Source: Zootoca vivipara (Eukaryota). From it: a stretch of DNA of 64,000 nt. A program made the position numbers and the translations under genes. Positions 22,698-35,606 of the stretch are shown here, one piece after another (within the stretch, counting starts at the first letter, position 1; each line of letters begins with the position of its first letter). The stretch is taken from contig NC_083283.1 of NCBI RefSeq assembly GCF_963506605.1, forward strand, positions 83,514,001-83,578,000. Direction: 5' to 3'. Under the pieces are notes generated by a model, which saw nothing but the letters and a program-made list of their open reading frames with translations, did no database searches and was not told the DNA's origin.

Positions 22698-25118
22698 CTG
22701 TTTCCCTGAATCTTCTTTCCCCACCTGGTCAGGAATATCTTGGGAAGCAGAAGGAGGGGTCTGGTTCACATTGAGGTTTGGGTCCCCCACAGAAAAAACA
22801 GGAATGAGGGGCCTGAGGAACCTGAACTCGCTGCTTAAGGACCCACCGGTTAAGCAAACATCATAGTGGTAACTCCTGGAAAGCGACCCGCTCTGAGAAT
22901 CCCCACAGTTCTCTGGGATGTCTGGTCTGGCAGGTGGGAAGTGAGGAGGGGCAGCGATAAAACTTTCCCTGGGATCCCTCCTGCAGATCTTGATGGCAGC
23001 AAAGGAAACAATGCAAACAAGGAACACAAAGGAGACTGCAGCCAGGCAGATCACCAAATACAAGGTCAAGCTCCCATCTTCTTCATGTTGGTCTTTACTA
23101 ATCTCCACAGCTTTCATATAAGGATCCGAAAAGCCACCCACGGGAAGGACATGGAGCATTGCAGTGCTGCTCTGGGGAGGGAGCCCGTTGTCCCTCACCA
23201 CTATCATGAGTCTCTGCTTGCTGGTGTCTCGCTCGCTCAGGGCTCTCCTGGTTCTCACTTCCCCATTCTGGGCTCCTATGCTGAAAAGACCAGGGTCTGT
23301 GGCCTTCAGCAGCTCATAGGAAAGCCACGAGTTCTGGCCAGAATCTCCATCCACAGCCACCACCTTGGTGACCAGGTAGCCAGACTCCACCGACTTGGGG
23401 ACCAGCTCATTGCAGGGGGATGTGCTGTTCTGAAGAGGGTAGAGGAAGAAGGGAGCGTTGTCGTTTTCATCTATGATGATGACTCGGACACTAACTTCTG
23501 AGCTGAGGGGAGGAGACCCTCCATCTGTAGCCCTCACTGTCACTTTGAAATCTTTGATCTGCTCATAATCCAGAGATCGGAGGGCATACAGATTTCCGCT
23601 TTCAGAGTTGACTGAGATGTAAGAGGCCACAAGGCCATCAGTGACCTTCCCAGGCAAAAGAGAGTAGGTGATCTTGGCATTCTTCTCAGTGTCCAGATCA
23701 GCAGCATGGACTGAGCCAATGAGCAATCCTGGAATATTGTTTTCCCGTATCTGCATTTCCCATGAAGACTTTTCAAATACTGGAGGGTTGTCATTGACAT
23801 CTGAGATCTGAACGTTAATCATTCTTGTGGAAGTGAGCCTGGGGGAGCCCTGGTCCACGGCTGTAATGGTAATATTATACTCTGAGACTTTCTCTCTGTC
23901 CAGGGAGCTTTGGACCAGAAGTTGGTAATAGTTATCCATCGTGGGTTTTAAGACAAAGGGAAGGTTTACCTCCACAGAGCACACCGTTCTGCCATTGTCT
24001 CCGGAGTCTCGGTCTGTGACAGTGAAGAGAGCCACAAGTGTCTCCAGGGGAGAATCTTCTGCCAAGGGACTAGTGATGGATATGATGGACACTTCAGGAA
24101 CATTGTCATTCACATCTTCAATCTCTACCAGGACCTTGCAGTGACCTGAAAGATCCCCTCCATCTGTTGCTCTGATGCTCATGCTGTAGGTGGTTTCTTT
24201 TTCATAATCAATTTCTCCCAAAACAGTTATTTCCCCAGTGAGATCATTTAAGTGGAATAAACGGTGTATTTTTTCAGGTACCCGATCAAATGAGTATGTT
24301 ATTCGTGCATTTGAACCAAAATCTGAATCTCTGGCTTCTACTTTGGAGACCAGGGTGTCCCTAGGGCTGTTTTCCTTTAACCTTACGTTATATTCAGAAT
24401 GAGTAAACTGGGGAAAATTATCATTGATGTCCAAAACCTTGATATTTATCTGAACTGTGCCTGTTCTCTGTGGCTCCCCTCCATCCACAGCTGTGAGAGT
24501 CAGTCCAAACTCTGCTGCTTCTTCCCTATCTAGAGGTTTCACCAAAATAAGGTCCAAATATTTGTTTCCAGTTCCATCACTTTTTACTTGGAGCCAGAAA
24601 TGCTCATTAGAACTGAGAGTGTAGTTTTGAACGTTATTTTTACCCAAATCTGTATCTTGTGCAGATTCCAAAGGGAACTGGGTGTTAATTGGGACATTCT
24701 CTGGAATATATAGCTTGAATTCCTTTTTTGAGAATTTGGGTGTATTGTCATTCACATCTTCTATCTCTATTTCTATACTGTAGATCTTTAAGGGGTTTTG
24801 GAGCACGATTTCAGAGAGCAGCAAGCAAGGATCAGTCTCACCACACAAAGCTTCCCGGTCTACTTTTTCATTTATCAGCAAATTCCCAGAGTGGGTATCA
24901 AGGTGGAAATATTGCTGTGTGCTTTTGGACACTAGCTGGGCTCTGCGAGCAGAGAGCTCCCCTGTTCCCAGTTTCAAATCCTTTAGCACATTAGCCACCA
25001 GAAATCCACTTTTCTTTTCTTCAGGCACAGAATAGCGTATTGAGATACACATCACTCTAGAAACAGAGAATAAGAGGAGGAGATACAGACCTTGCCTGTT
25101 CCTAATGCAGTCTTCCAT
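22698..25118 (-). CDS. PCDHB: Protocadherin beta-like exon, subfamily B (B3)
   Basis: Intact 6-EC/TM ORF; SLSRSYHYDVCLTGGSLSSEFRFLRP; donor CAG|GTGAGC at 22698; read-through stop at 22686. Confidence 0.93.
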
Positions 25119-25366
25119 TGTTTCTCTCCCTTCTTGGTTCTGGCCAAAAGACCAATTTTTTAGGTTTTCTCCAATGGCTTCCTGTGCTGTTGTGTAAATT
25201 CTTTCTTCTCCTCCTCCCTGTCGTGGTCAATGTTTGCTCCCTTGAATTTTGTATTTCCTTTCTAGAAAAGGAGCCTGCACCTCTCTAGTCCAGTTTTGTC
25301 TGCTCATAGCTTCCCCTCAGTGCTGCTGCAAAGCAATATTCTGAATAACAAATAATGTGCTTGCCA

Positions 25367-25386
25367 ATATTGCCACCTTGTGGTTC
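25367..25386 (-). promoter_or_regulatory. CSE/CTCF-like site, B3 promoter
   Basis: GAACCACAAGGTGGCAATAT, ~250 bp upstream of the ATG. Confidence 0.75.
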
Positions 25387-25691
25387 ATCTTTTAAAAAAT
25401 GCATTAATAGCATATAAAGCCCATTTAACAGCAGCCCAGTGAAAATTGAGTTTAGATTCATGCTCATTTAACTGTTAGCTCATGTATACACGAGATCATA
25501 ATTTTCTTACTCACATCAGTAAATAGGAAAAAGAATAAATTGATAAGTACATTACATTTCAAACCTTACTTACATTCCCGCTTAACCTGTTCTTTCGGTA
25601 ACCTTAAATCATCAACCAAGTATCATTGATTATTGCATATAATTATTTTTATTCATTCAGAATATAATCATATTATAATAAGTATCCTCAC

Positions 25692-28115
25692 CTGACATCT
25701 CAGATGTGTTTCTTCTCCATTACAAGGCACTTCTTGGGACCCATTGGAACTCCTTGGATTCAGCTGAGTGTTAGGAGGCTCCACAGAGAAAACAGGGAAT
25801 AGGGGCCTGAGAAACCGGAACTCGCTGTTCAGAGACCCACCAGCTAAGCACACCTCATAGTTATAAGCCTGAGATAGAGATCCAGCACCAGGATCCGCAG
25901 AGATGATCTGGGAATCAGGTCCCACTTGGAAATTGGCTGCAGAGTTGTAAGTTCCTATGAACTTTTCACGTTTCTGCAACTTGATTACAACAAACGCCAC
26001 TACAGAAATAAGAAAGATGCTTGAGATGGCAGCCAAGCAGATGATCAAATACATAGTCAGGCTGGGGTCTTCCTCCTCCGCTGTTTCCTCCTTTGGAAGA
26101 GCCACACTTTTCAGATAAGGGTCAGAGAAGCCGTCCACTAGAAGGATTCTGAGCGTGGCAGAGGTGGACTGGGGAGGATGTCCGTTGTCTCGGACGACCA
26201 CAACCAGATTCTGCTTGAAGCTGTCTCGGTTACTGACTGGTCTCAGAGTGGTCACTTCTCCATTCTGGGCCCCCACCGTGAACAGACCCGGTTCTGTGGC
26301 CTTCAGCAGCTGATAGGAAAGCCAAGAGTTCTGAGCAGAATCCCTGTCCACAGCCACCACCTTGGTGACCAGGTAGCCAGTCTCTGCCCCTCGGGGAACC
26401 AGGTCATTCGAGGGGGAAGTGCCATTCTGGAGAGGGTAGAGGATGAAGGGGGCATTGTCATTTTCATCCACAACCTGAACGTGGATCGTAACTTCTGAGC
26501 TCAGTGGAGGGGAACCTGAATCCACAGCCCTCACCGTCACATGGAAATCTTTTACCTCCTCATAATCCAGAGACCGAATGGCATACAGGTTCCCCGTTTC
26601 AGAGTTGATGGAGATGTAAGAGGAAGTGGGGCCATCATTGACCTTCCTAGGCAAAAGCGAGTAGGTCACTTTGGCATTCTGCGCTGTGTCCAGATCAACA
26701 GCATGGATGAAACCGATCAGAAGACCAGGAATATTGTTTTCTCTTAACTGCATTTCATAGGATGGCTTTTCAAACACTGGAGGGTTGTCATTGACATCTG
26801 AGATTTGAACATGAAGTATTCTTGTGGAAGTGAGTCTGGGAGAGCCTTGGTCTGTGGCTGTGATGGTGATATTATACTCAGAGGCTTGTTCTCTGTCCAG
26901 TGGCTGTTGGGTCACCAGCTGGTAATAGTTGTTCTCTGTGGGTTTGAGCACAAATGGCAGGTTTACTTCAGTGGTGCAGGCAGTTCTGCCACTGTCTCCA
27001 GAGTCCACGTCTGTGACACTAAAGAGGGCCACCACTGTGTCTGCGGGAGAGTCCTCAGGTAAGGGACTGGTGATGGAAGTGATTGATATCTCTGGAGCAT
27101 TGTCGTTCTCATCCTCAATCTCTACAATAACTTTACAGTAAGCAGAAAGTCCCCCTCCATCTGTGGCTCTGATGTTTATCTCATAATTTGTGTTTTCTTC
27201 ATAATCAATCGTTGCTGAAGTTGTAAGTTCCCCGGTGTGTTTATTTAACTTGAACATTCTCAACACATTTTCTGGCACTTGGCTGAATGAATAAGTGATA
27301 TGGGCGTAGGAACCAATATCCCTGTCAGTGGCTTCAACTTTGGTGACCAGTGTACCTGGTAGAAGGTTTTCCAGCAGTTGCACATTATATACAGATTTAT
27401 TAAAGTGAGGGGCATTGTCATTGGTGTCCAGAACTTGAACAATAATGTTTGTACTTCCGCTTCTTCTTGGGATCCCTCCATCAACAGCTGTCAGCATTAA
27501 TGTAATCTGTGGCTTCTCTTCACGGTCCAAAGGCTTTTCTAACACCAGTTCTGCATATTTGCTACCATCAGTATGACTTTGCACATCCAGCCTAAAATGT
27601 TCATTTGGACTAAGAGTATAGTTCTGAACAGTATTTTCTCCTTTGTCTGAATCTTCAGCTTTTTCCAAAAGGAATCGGGTGTTCATGGGCGTCTGCTCAG
27701 GTATTTCCAAAACAAATTGTTTTTCAGAGAATATGGGGGAATTATCATTCACGTCCTCTATCTGAATTTCAATTCTGTGTAGCTGCCTTGGCTTTTCCAG
27801 TACCATTTCACAAAGCAGAACACAAGGGTCATTCTGACCACACAGGGACTCTCGGTCTATTTTTTCTTTTATTATCACATCCCCAGATTGGGGATCCAGC
27901 TCAAAATACTGCCTGGCAGTCTTAGAAAGCAGCTGCGCTCTCCGAGCAGACAACTCCTTTACTTCCATTTTCAAATCTTTCAGCACATTAGCCACCAGAG
28001 ACCCACTTTTCTTTTCCTCAGGCACTGAATAGCGGAAGGACTCACACACCACACCACAGGTACAGAGACAGATAAAGACGAGACAAACTTGCCTGCTATG
28101 ATGGAGGGTTTTCAT
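25692..28115 (-). CDS. PCDHB: Protocadherin beta-like exon, subfamily A (A4)
   Basis: ATG of MKTLHHSRQV at 28115 (track start 28139 is TTG); donor CAG|GTGAGG at 25692; read-through stop at 25668. Confidence 0.93.
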
Positions 28116-28380
28116 TTTCTTTCCTAGCTTTGTTCTCAATGCAGATTGGAATCCAAGGTGCCTCTTTGTAAAGCAGTTGCCAGAATTGCCCCTTTCTCTG
28201 TTATAAGGTCCCTTTGTTGTCCTTGTTTCATGAAGTAGATGCAGCAGTGCTTGCCTCCTACAGATTCTGCAGATTTTGTCGCAATCAAGAGCTGCTACCC
28301 TTTTTTTCCAGATTCCTTCCTTCTAATGGTCACAGCTTTCTGGCACAGCACAGCAGCTCTGATTTCTACTGCCTGTGCAA

Positions 28381-28400
28381 TTGCACCACCTTGTGTTAGA
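28381..28400 (-). promoter_or_regulatory. CSE/CTCF-like site, A4 promoter
   Basis: TCTAACACAAGGTGGTGCAA, ~265 bp upstream of the ATG. Confidence 0.7.
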
Positions 28401-29435
28401 AGTTAAATGCAGCAGCTGTAAGAGCACCCCGACATTGTTGATGAGCACAGAACGGTTCTTCTCAAACTCTCCCCCCCCCAATCAAGACAGATCACTAGCA
28501 AATAGCTGAGTGTCTTGGTGGGCCACCTAATGATTTTTAGCCTGTTGTAGCAACTGTAACGAGCTGTTGCTAGATTGTATTTGTATAGTGTTGTATTCTT
28601 ATTGCTTTTTTATTTTCTATATTGTATTTTATTATATTACCGTCTGAATTTCATAGACTACAATACAAAATACTGTAATAAAAGTAAAATTCAACATAAG
28701 AAAAACAATAAGCAATAAAAGTACAATGGGAAGCTTATGTGCTGAGCCCGCCATTCATAGACGCTGGTCTCCACGGATGACCTGAATAAAGCTTGCAGAC
28801 CATTGGTGGTCTAACAGGCAACAGTTTGGAAACCCCTAGCATAGAATATTCTTCAATATTTAATGCCTGTTATGTTTACATTTTATAAATAGTAAATAAT
28901 TATACTCCTACAGTACACACACACACAAACACATTTCTTCACCATAAAACTCAGTGAGATGTTTAGAATTTGAAGGGAACAGCATTGGGCATGACTATAT
29001 CCTCATAGCAAAAAGGTGTGCAGGGAGGCCAAGGAAAAAGAAGTGTAAGATGAACACTGATCTTTAAGGTCCCTCTTCATCTGATGATGTTTAGGATTCC
29101 TAGGGAAAACCATAAAGATGTCTGCCCTCATGTAGACCTATCATCAGAAAGTTCACAGTTCCATTCAGAGAGATTCAGGAATCAAAATTCCATTAGTAAA
29201 ATGTCTCCAGCATCCCTTTGTGGAAGTGACCCTGGCAAGGCTCTCTCATTACTTCATTTAAGATGGCTTTTAACCTCACCCAAGCTATGCTGCTTTGCTA
29301 TGAATCTCTGACTGAGTTCTAGAAGTACCTGTTGCTGATGATGCAATGATAAGGAGAAATAGAGCAGCTGGAGCTCTCTCACTTGGTCCCGGCTAGTAAG
29401 CCCACCACCACTGTGGCCAGGTAGGACGGATGGAT

Positions 29436-29437
<2 letters not shown>

Positions 29438-29481
<44 letters not shown>
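29438..29481. repeat. (AC)n microsatellite
   Basis: Perfect dinucleotide run. Confidence 0.98.
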
Positions 29482-29483
<2 letters not shown>

Positions 29484-30620
29484 TAATACCAATTGGCTCT
29501 GGAGAAAAGGCTTTTTATTTCCCACCACACCTACCCTGCATTGCAATGGTGTGAGGCCCTTGATGAATGGGACTGGTGTCAATTAATTTTGGCTATCTAA
29601 CTAAAAAGGCAGTGGCTTGCTAATAATGATGGGAGAGGAAGTAAAGAGATGTAACTTGGTGAACACCCTGAGTCACCACTTCGGTTATTTAGATGAGTAA
29701 AGGTGGCTTCTTCTGACAAGCCTTTCAGGGGTCCTGGACTTGAAAAGTCAGAATCCTCTGCTCAGTTACACAAAACTAGTTGAGCTCAGAGAAGGTGTGA
29801 CTCTGATCTGGCCTGCCTTGGCAAGTCTTTGGATCTGTGGGCAGTGAGGAGCAGGATGGGGTCTCCCTGACTAGTGTCTCCACCATCTCACCCAAGTGGT
29901 GTTAAAAAAAAATACCTGCCCTGGGCAACTACCATGAAAAAAAAAATGTATCTCACTGCAGTCTTACAAAATGATACATCTCCAGCCCTTATTTAACCCC
30001 AAAATCTTGAGTCCTCTTTCCTTATTCTTGGGCTGATGTACTGTATAACTCTGCAATACTCACTTCCCATAACTATGTATCTGCACTTTCAGTTGCCTTG
30101 CAGACTTTGGAGCTGAATAAAGCATCTAACATTTTGTAATGCTGCCCCATATATTTGCAGCTCCCAGCGCCTGTGCTGCGGTTGCCATTATTTATACCTA
30201 ACCCTGACAGTAGACTTCTTCCCCCGAAAAGGCCCTAAGAACCTGGCTGCCCCAGTTCCTGCCTGCCTCTGTCTCAACTCCCTCTCCACATCCTGCATCA
30301 TCTGTCAGCCTTGATCACCGTTCTCCCAAACCGAAATAAAGGAATGCAAAGAAAGCAAGTGAGTCAAGTGAGTGGCAGCACCTGAGTGCCCACAGCCCCC
30401 ATATTGCTGTCAGTTTAGTACTGCTCCATAGCTGCTGAAGGAGAGTATTGGGGCTGAAAGACAAATGCTAAGTATTGGTACACACAGGCTAAGTTGCAAG
30501 AAGGACTAAATGTGAGACGCTACATCATCTTTACATGGCTTGCAAGATACCGTTTCTAAGCTTTTGTGAACATGAATGAACTTACAGGTTGCAACTGTGA
30601 CCCGCAGCTGCTTACAAATA

Positions 30621-30957
30621 CAGTGGAACCTCGGTTTACGAACACCTCGGTTTACGAATTTTTGGTTTATGAACGTCGCGGACCCATCTGGAACGGATTA
30701 ATTCACTTTCCATTACTTTCAATGGGAAAGTTCGCTTCAGTTTATGAACGCTTCAGTTTATGAACAGACTTCTGGAACCAATTACACCCATGCTTCGGGT
30801 TAAGTACGCTTCAGGTTGAGTACTCCGCGGACCCGTCTGGAACGGATTAATCCACTTTCCATTACTTTCAATGGGAAAGTTCGCTTCAGTTTATGAACAC
30901 TTCAGTTTATGAACAGACTTCCGGAACCAATTGTGTTCATAAACCGAGGTACCACTG
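30621..30957. mobile_element. Tc1/mariner-like MITE with internal tandem duplication
   Basis: TA|CAGTGGAACCTCGGTTTACGAAC ... GTTCATAAACCGAGGTACCACTG|TA. Confidence 0.92.
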
Positions 30958-32549
30958 TAACATGTCATGCGCCGATGACATGGTGTGAGGGGTTGGCTTT
31001 TGAGTGAAGAAATATACTGTTAGCTAGAGCAAGAACGACCAACTGTGAGACAGATTAGTTAATTAAATATGTTTCAACAAAGTTCTGGAAAAGTTGTCAA
31101 ACAGATCAATATCGGGTGGTATATTTTTCCTGTATGATTCCTGCATTTGCTATATTAGAATTCATATATTTTCAGCGTTTGTTTAAACATGAAAGCTATT
31201 CAGCCAACAACTTGTTCCATATGTTTAAAATATTCCACATTTACACATTAAGCTCTTGTTCTCAGATGTGATGAAGATCACTGAGCGTGTTAGATACAAC
31301 AAACTGTCGTCTTGCTTACAGTTACACCTTTTCTGCATATACCATATCAGATTTGGGGGATAAAACACATGATTAGTAATAGAGACAAGCAATTTAAACA
31401 CATGCAAACATATCACCCTGTTTAATTATTTGAATCAGTACTTTCAATCTTAACTCAAAACCTCAACTAAAACTCTGAACTCATCCTAACCATACATTTA
31501 AAGCACAAGGCTTCCTACAAATAATAATAGGAACTACAGTTTATCTCTCATAAAGCTTTAGATGTGCTATAAATATATGGTGCGGATGTGGCCTCCATTT
31601 CATCCTGCACTTTTAAGGAATCTGGGTGAGTATAAACTGAAAAGGAAGACATGTGCAGTTGGGGAAGAGAAGAGAAACCTGGACCAAGAACAGACAGAGA
31701 CAGTGGGAGAGGTGAGCCAGAGAGGGGATGTGAGAAGGGGCACTGAAGGATAAAGGAAGGTGGCCTCCTGTAAAACACCTGCATAATGTAAAGCATTCAG
31801 GGAAGGGATATCTGGAGGGCAGGGAAGCAATAGTTGTGCTGGAGTCAAGTCACCCCATTATCTCTACATTGGGTTACTTTAAAATGTTGCCGGACCTGAA
31901 GGCGTTGCCAGCGGGGATTTGGGAATTACTCAATATTTGACCGGTTTCCGTACATTTATACTTTCGTGCTTATGGTGGAGGTTCTTATCCTCCACCATCA
32001 CCCTTGCAGGTTGTTACATTTTTATTCCTATTTCCCTCCCGAAAGGTCATAAAACAAAATCCTACCATTGGTTTATCTACACTAGTAATGTCTGATTAGA
32101 AGTCACTCTCCAAGTTTTCAATGCCTTGATAGACTAAGACTGAGATACAATAGATTTCAGAGACCACCAAGAGAGTTTATGACTCAACAGGGATTTGAAA
32201 CAAGGTCTCTGAGTGCAACCCTCCTAATAAGGGCACAAGGATGCCTGAAAGGAAAGGGCAGGATCCTGAAAGAGGTGCAATGGGACGGTTAAGACCTGTG
32301 TCAGTGGATCAGCTGTAGACAGAGAACCGTCACTGATCCACACTGGATGTGTGAGAGTAACTCCAATGAAAGCCCCACTCAGCCAAAACCAGCTCTCGCA
32401 TATAGTCGTCTCACTTTACCAAATAGTACAGCCAGGTTTTTGAAGTGTTTCACAGAATAACATAGCAGACAGTGTGTGTGTGTGTGTGTGTGTGTGTCAG
32501 TGTGTGTCAGTGTGTAATTTCAGCAAAAGGTTATTTAAAATTAACTCAC

Positions 32550-34970
32550 CTGTTTCATTGGCTTTCTGCTCTCCAATGCATCAGGAGTATCTTGGGAAGC
32601 AGAAGGAGGGGTCTGGTTCACATTGAGGTTTGGGTCTCCCACAGAAAAAACAGGAATGAGGGGCCTGAGGAACCTGAACTCGCTGCTTAAGGACCCACCG
32701 GTTAAGCAAACATCGTAGTGGTAACTCCTGGAAAGCGACCCGCTCTGAGAATCCCCACAGTTCTCTGGGATGTCGGGTCTGGCAGGTGGGAAGTGAGGAG
32801 GGGCAGCGATCAAACTTTCCCTGGGATCCCTCCTGCAGATCTTGATGGCAGCAAAGGAAACAATGCAAACGAGGAACACAAAGGAGACTGCAGCCAGGCA
32901 GATCACCAAATACAAGGTCAAGCTCCCATCTTCTTCATGTTGGTCTTTACTAATCTCCACAGCCTTCATATAAGGATCTGAAAAGCCACCCACGGGAAGG
33001 ACATGGAGCATTGCAGTGCTGCTCTGGGGAGGGAGCCCGTTGTCCCTCACCACTATCATGAGTCTCTGCCTGCTGGTGTCTCGCTCGGTCAGGGCTCTCC
33101 TGGTTCTCACTTCCCCATTCTGGGCTCCTATGCTGAAAAGACCAGGGTCTGTGGCCTTCAGCAGCTCATAGGAAAGCCACGAGTTCTGGCCAGAATCTCC
33201 ATCCACAGCCACCACCTTGGTGACCAGGTAGCCAGACTCCACCGACTTGGGGACCAGCTCATTGCAGGGGGATGTGCTGTTCTGAAGAGGGTAGAGGAAG
33301 AAGGGAGCGTTGTCGTTTTCATCTATGATGATGACTCGGACAGTAACTTCTGAGCTGAGGGGAGGAGACCCTCCATCTGTAGCCCTCACTGTCACTTTGA
33401 AATCTTTGATCTGCTCATAATCCAGAGATCGGAGGGCATACAGATTTCCACTTTCAGAGTTGACTGAGATGTAAGAGGCCACAAGGCCATCAGTGACCTT
33501 CCCGGGCAAAAGGGAGTAGGTGATCTTGGCATTCTTCTCAGTGTCCAGATCAGCAGCATGGACTGAGCCAATGAGCAATCCTGGAATATTGTTTTCCCGT
33601 ATCTGCATTTCCCATGAAGACTTTTCAAATACTGGAGGGTTGTCATTGACATCTGAGATCTGAACATTAATCATTCTTGTTGAAGTGAGCCTGGGGGAGC
33701 CCTGGTCAACACCTGTGATGGTGACATTATACTCTGAGACCTTCTCTCTGTCCAAGGGACTTTGGACCACAAGCTGGTAATAGTTATTCATAGTGGGCTT
33801 TAACATAAAGGGAAGGTTTGTCTCCACAGAGCACACAGTTCTACCATTGTCTCCAGAATCTCGGTCTGTGACGGTGAAGAGGGCAACAAGTGTCTCCAGG
33901 GGAGAATCTTCTGCCAAAGGACTAGTGATGGATATGATGGACACTTCAGGGACATTGTCATTCACATCTTCAATCTCTACCAGGACCTTGCAATGCCCCC
34001 AAAGACCCCCTCCATCTGTTGCTCTGATGTTCATGCTGTAGCTGGTTTCTTTTTCATAATCAAGCTGACCAGAAAGAGTCATTTCCCCATTGATTTCATT
34101 TAGGGAAAACAATTTGTATATTTTTTCAGACACCCGGTGGAATGAGTAGGTGATCTGTGCGTTTGAACCAAAATCCAAATCTGTGGCTTCTACTTTGAAG
34201 ACCAGAGTGCCCTGAGGGCTGTTTTCCTTTAACCTTACTTTATATTCAGGTTGAGTAAACTGAGGAGAATTGTCATTGATATCCAAAACATTAATATTTA
34301 TTTGAACTGTGCCTGTTCTCTGAGGCACACCTCCATCCACAGCAATGAGAGTCAATCCAAAGTGTGAGTTATTCTCTCTGTCTAGTGGCTTCTGCAGAAC
34401 AAGATGCACATATTTCTGTCCATCCTCATTGCTTTCCACATATAGTCGGAAATGCTCATTGGGACTGAGCATGTATTTTTGGATACTGTTTTCTCCTAAG
34501 TCCTCATCTTGGGCAGATTCCAAGAGAAATTGTGTGTTTGTCAGAACATTCTCTGGAATTTCCAGATCAAGTTTATCTTTAGAGAATTTGGGAGTATTGT
34601 CATTCACATCTTCTATCTTCAATTCTATACTGTAGATATTTAAGGGGTTTTGAAGCACTATTTCAGACAGCAGCATGCAAGGATCAGTCTGGCCACATAA
34701 AGCTTCTCTGTCTATTTTATCATTTAACAGCAAATTCCCAGAGTGAGTATCAAGGTTGAAATATTGCTTTGTGCTTTTGGACACTAGCTGGGCTCTGCGA
34801 GCAGAGAGCTCCCCTATTCCAAGTTTCAAATCCTCCAACACATTAGCCACCAAAAACCCATTTTTCTTTTCTTCAGGTACAGAATAGTGAAATGAAATGC
34901 AGACTGTTTTCAACACAAAGAGAAAAAGCAAGAGATACAGACCTTTCATCTTTCTGAAGATATCGTTCAT
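32550..34970 (-). CDS. PCDHB: Protocadherin beta-like exon, subfamily B (B5)
   Basis: ATG of MNDIFRKMKG at 34970 (track start 34979 is GTG); donor CAG|GTGAGT at 32550; read-through stop at 32541. Confidence 0.93.
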
Positions 34971-35200
34971 GGTTTCCACCTCTTCCAGAGTGTTAAAGCA
35001 CTGGCCAAATCTTCTTTCATCCCCTGACCATCTTTGCAGCTTGATAAATAACCTTTGTGCTGCAATTTTTATTGTTTCATTCTCCTGAGCCTCATATCGT
35101 CACACTACCATCTACCTCCCGTATCATTGTTATACTGCCTCTTCAAGGTTTCAGCAAATGCAAGAATACAATATTCTCAGTGTCCATGAAAATGTTGGCC

Positions 35201-35220
35201 AATTCTGCCACCTTGTGGTT
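35201..35220 (-). promoter_or_regulatory. CSE/CTCF-like site, B5 promoter
   Basis: AACCACAAGGTGGCAGAATT, ~230 bp upstream of the ATG. Confidence 0.75.
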
Positions 35221-35476
35221 AAATAAAACTAAAATGAATATTTCTGAATTATGCACTTAAACAAGAGATACACTTGTGTGGAAAACTCTGTTTTATTCCT
35301 AATAATCTGTTAGGTGGTTTAATTTTCAGCAGCTAATATATACATAAGATCATTAATAATTTCCAATATCAATGGATGAATGAAACAAAAAAGAGAACAA
35401 TATTCGATCCCCTCATTTGCAATTCATTGTGCTCATGCTTAAATACCTCTGTAATAACCAGAATACATATAGTACA

Positions 35477-35546
35477 GTGCCTGGCATGCTCTGGTCCATG
35501 GGGTCATGAAGAGTCGTACACGACTAAACGACTAAACAACAACAAC
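35477..35546 (+). mobile_element. Very short BovB 3' end
   Basis: gtgcctggcatgctctggtccatggggtcatgaagagtcgtacacgactaaacgactaaacaacaacaac matches the BovB tail at ~53939..54008. Confidence 0.9.
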
Positions 35547-35606
35547 AGAAAAAATAATCATACACATACCTTGCAATGTTAAAAATGAAGAAAAGTATAT
35601 TCTCAC

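Noticed and set aside
18246-30957. Repeated units tctggaacggattaatccactttcc as a CRISPR-like or regulatory array
   Set aside because: They are internal tandem duplications within TA-flanked MITEs in a eukaryotic genome.
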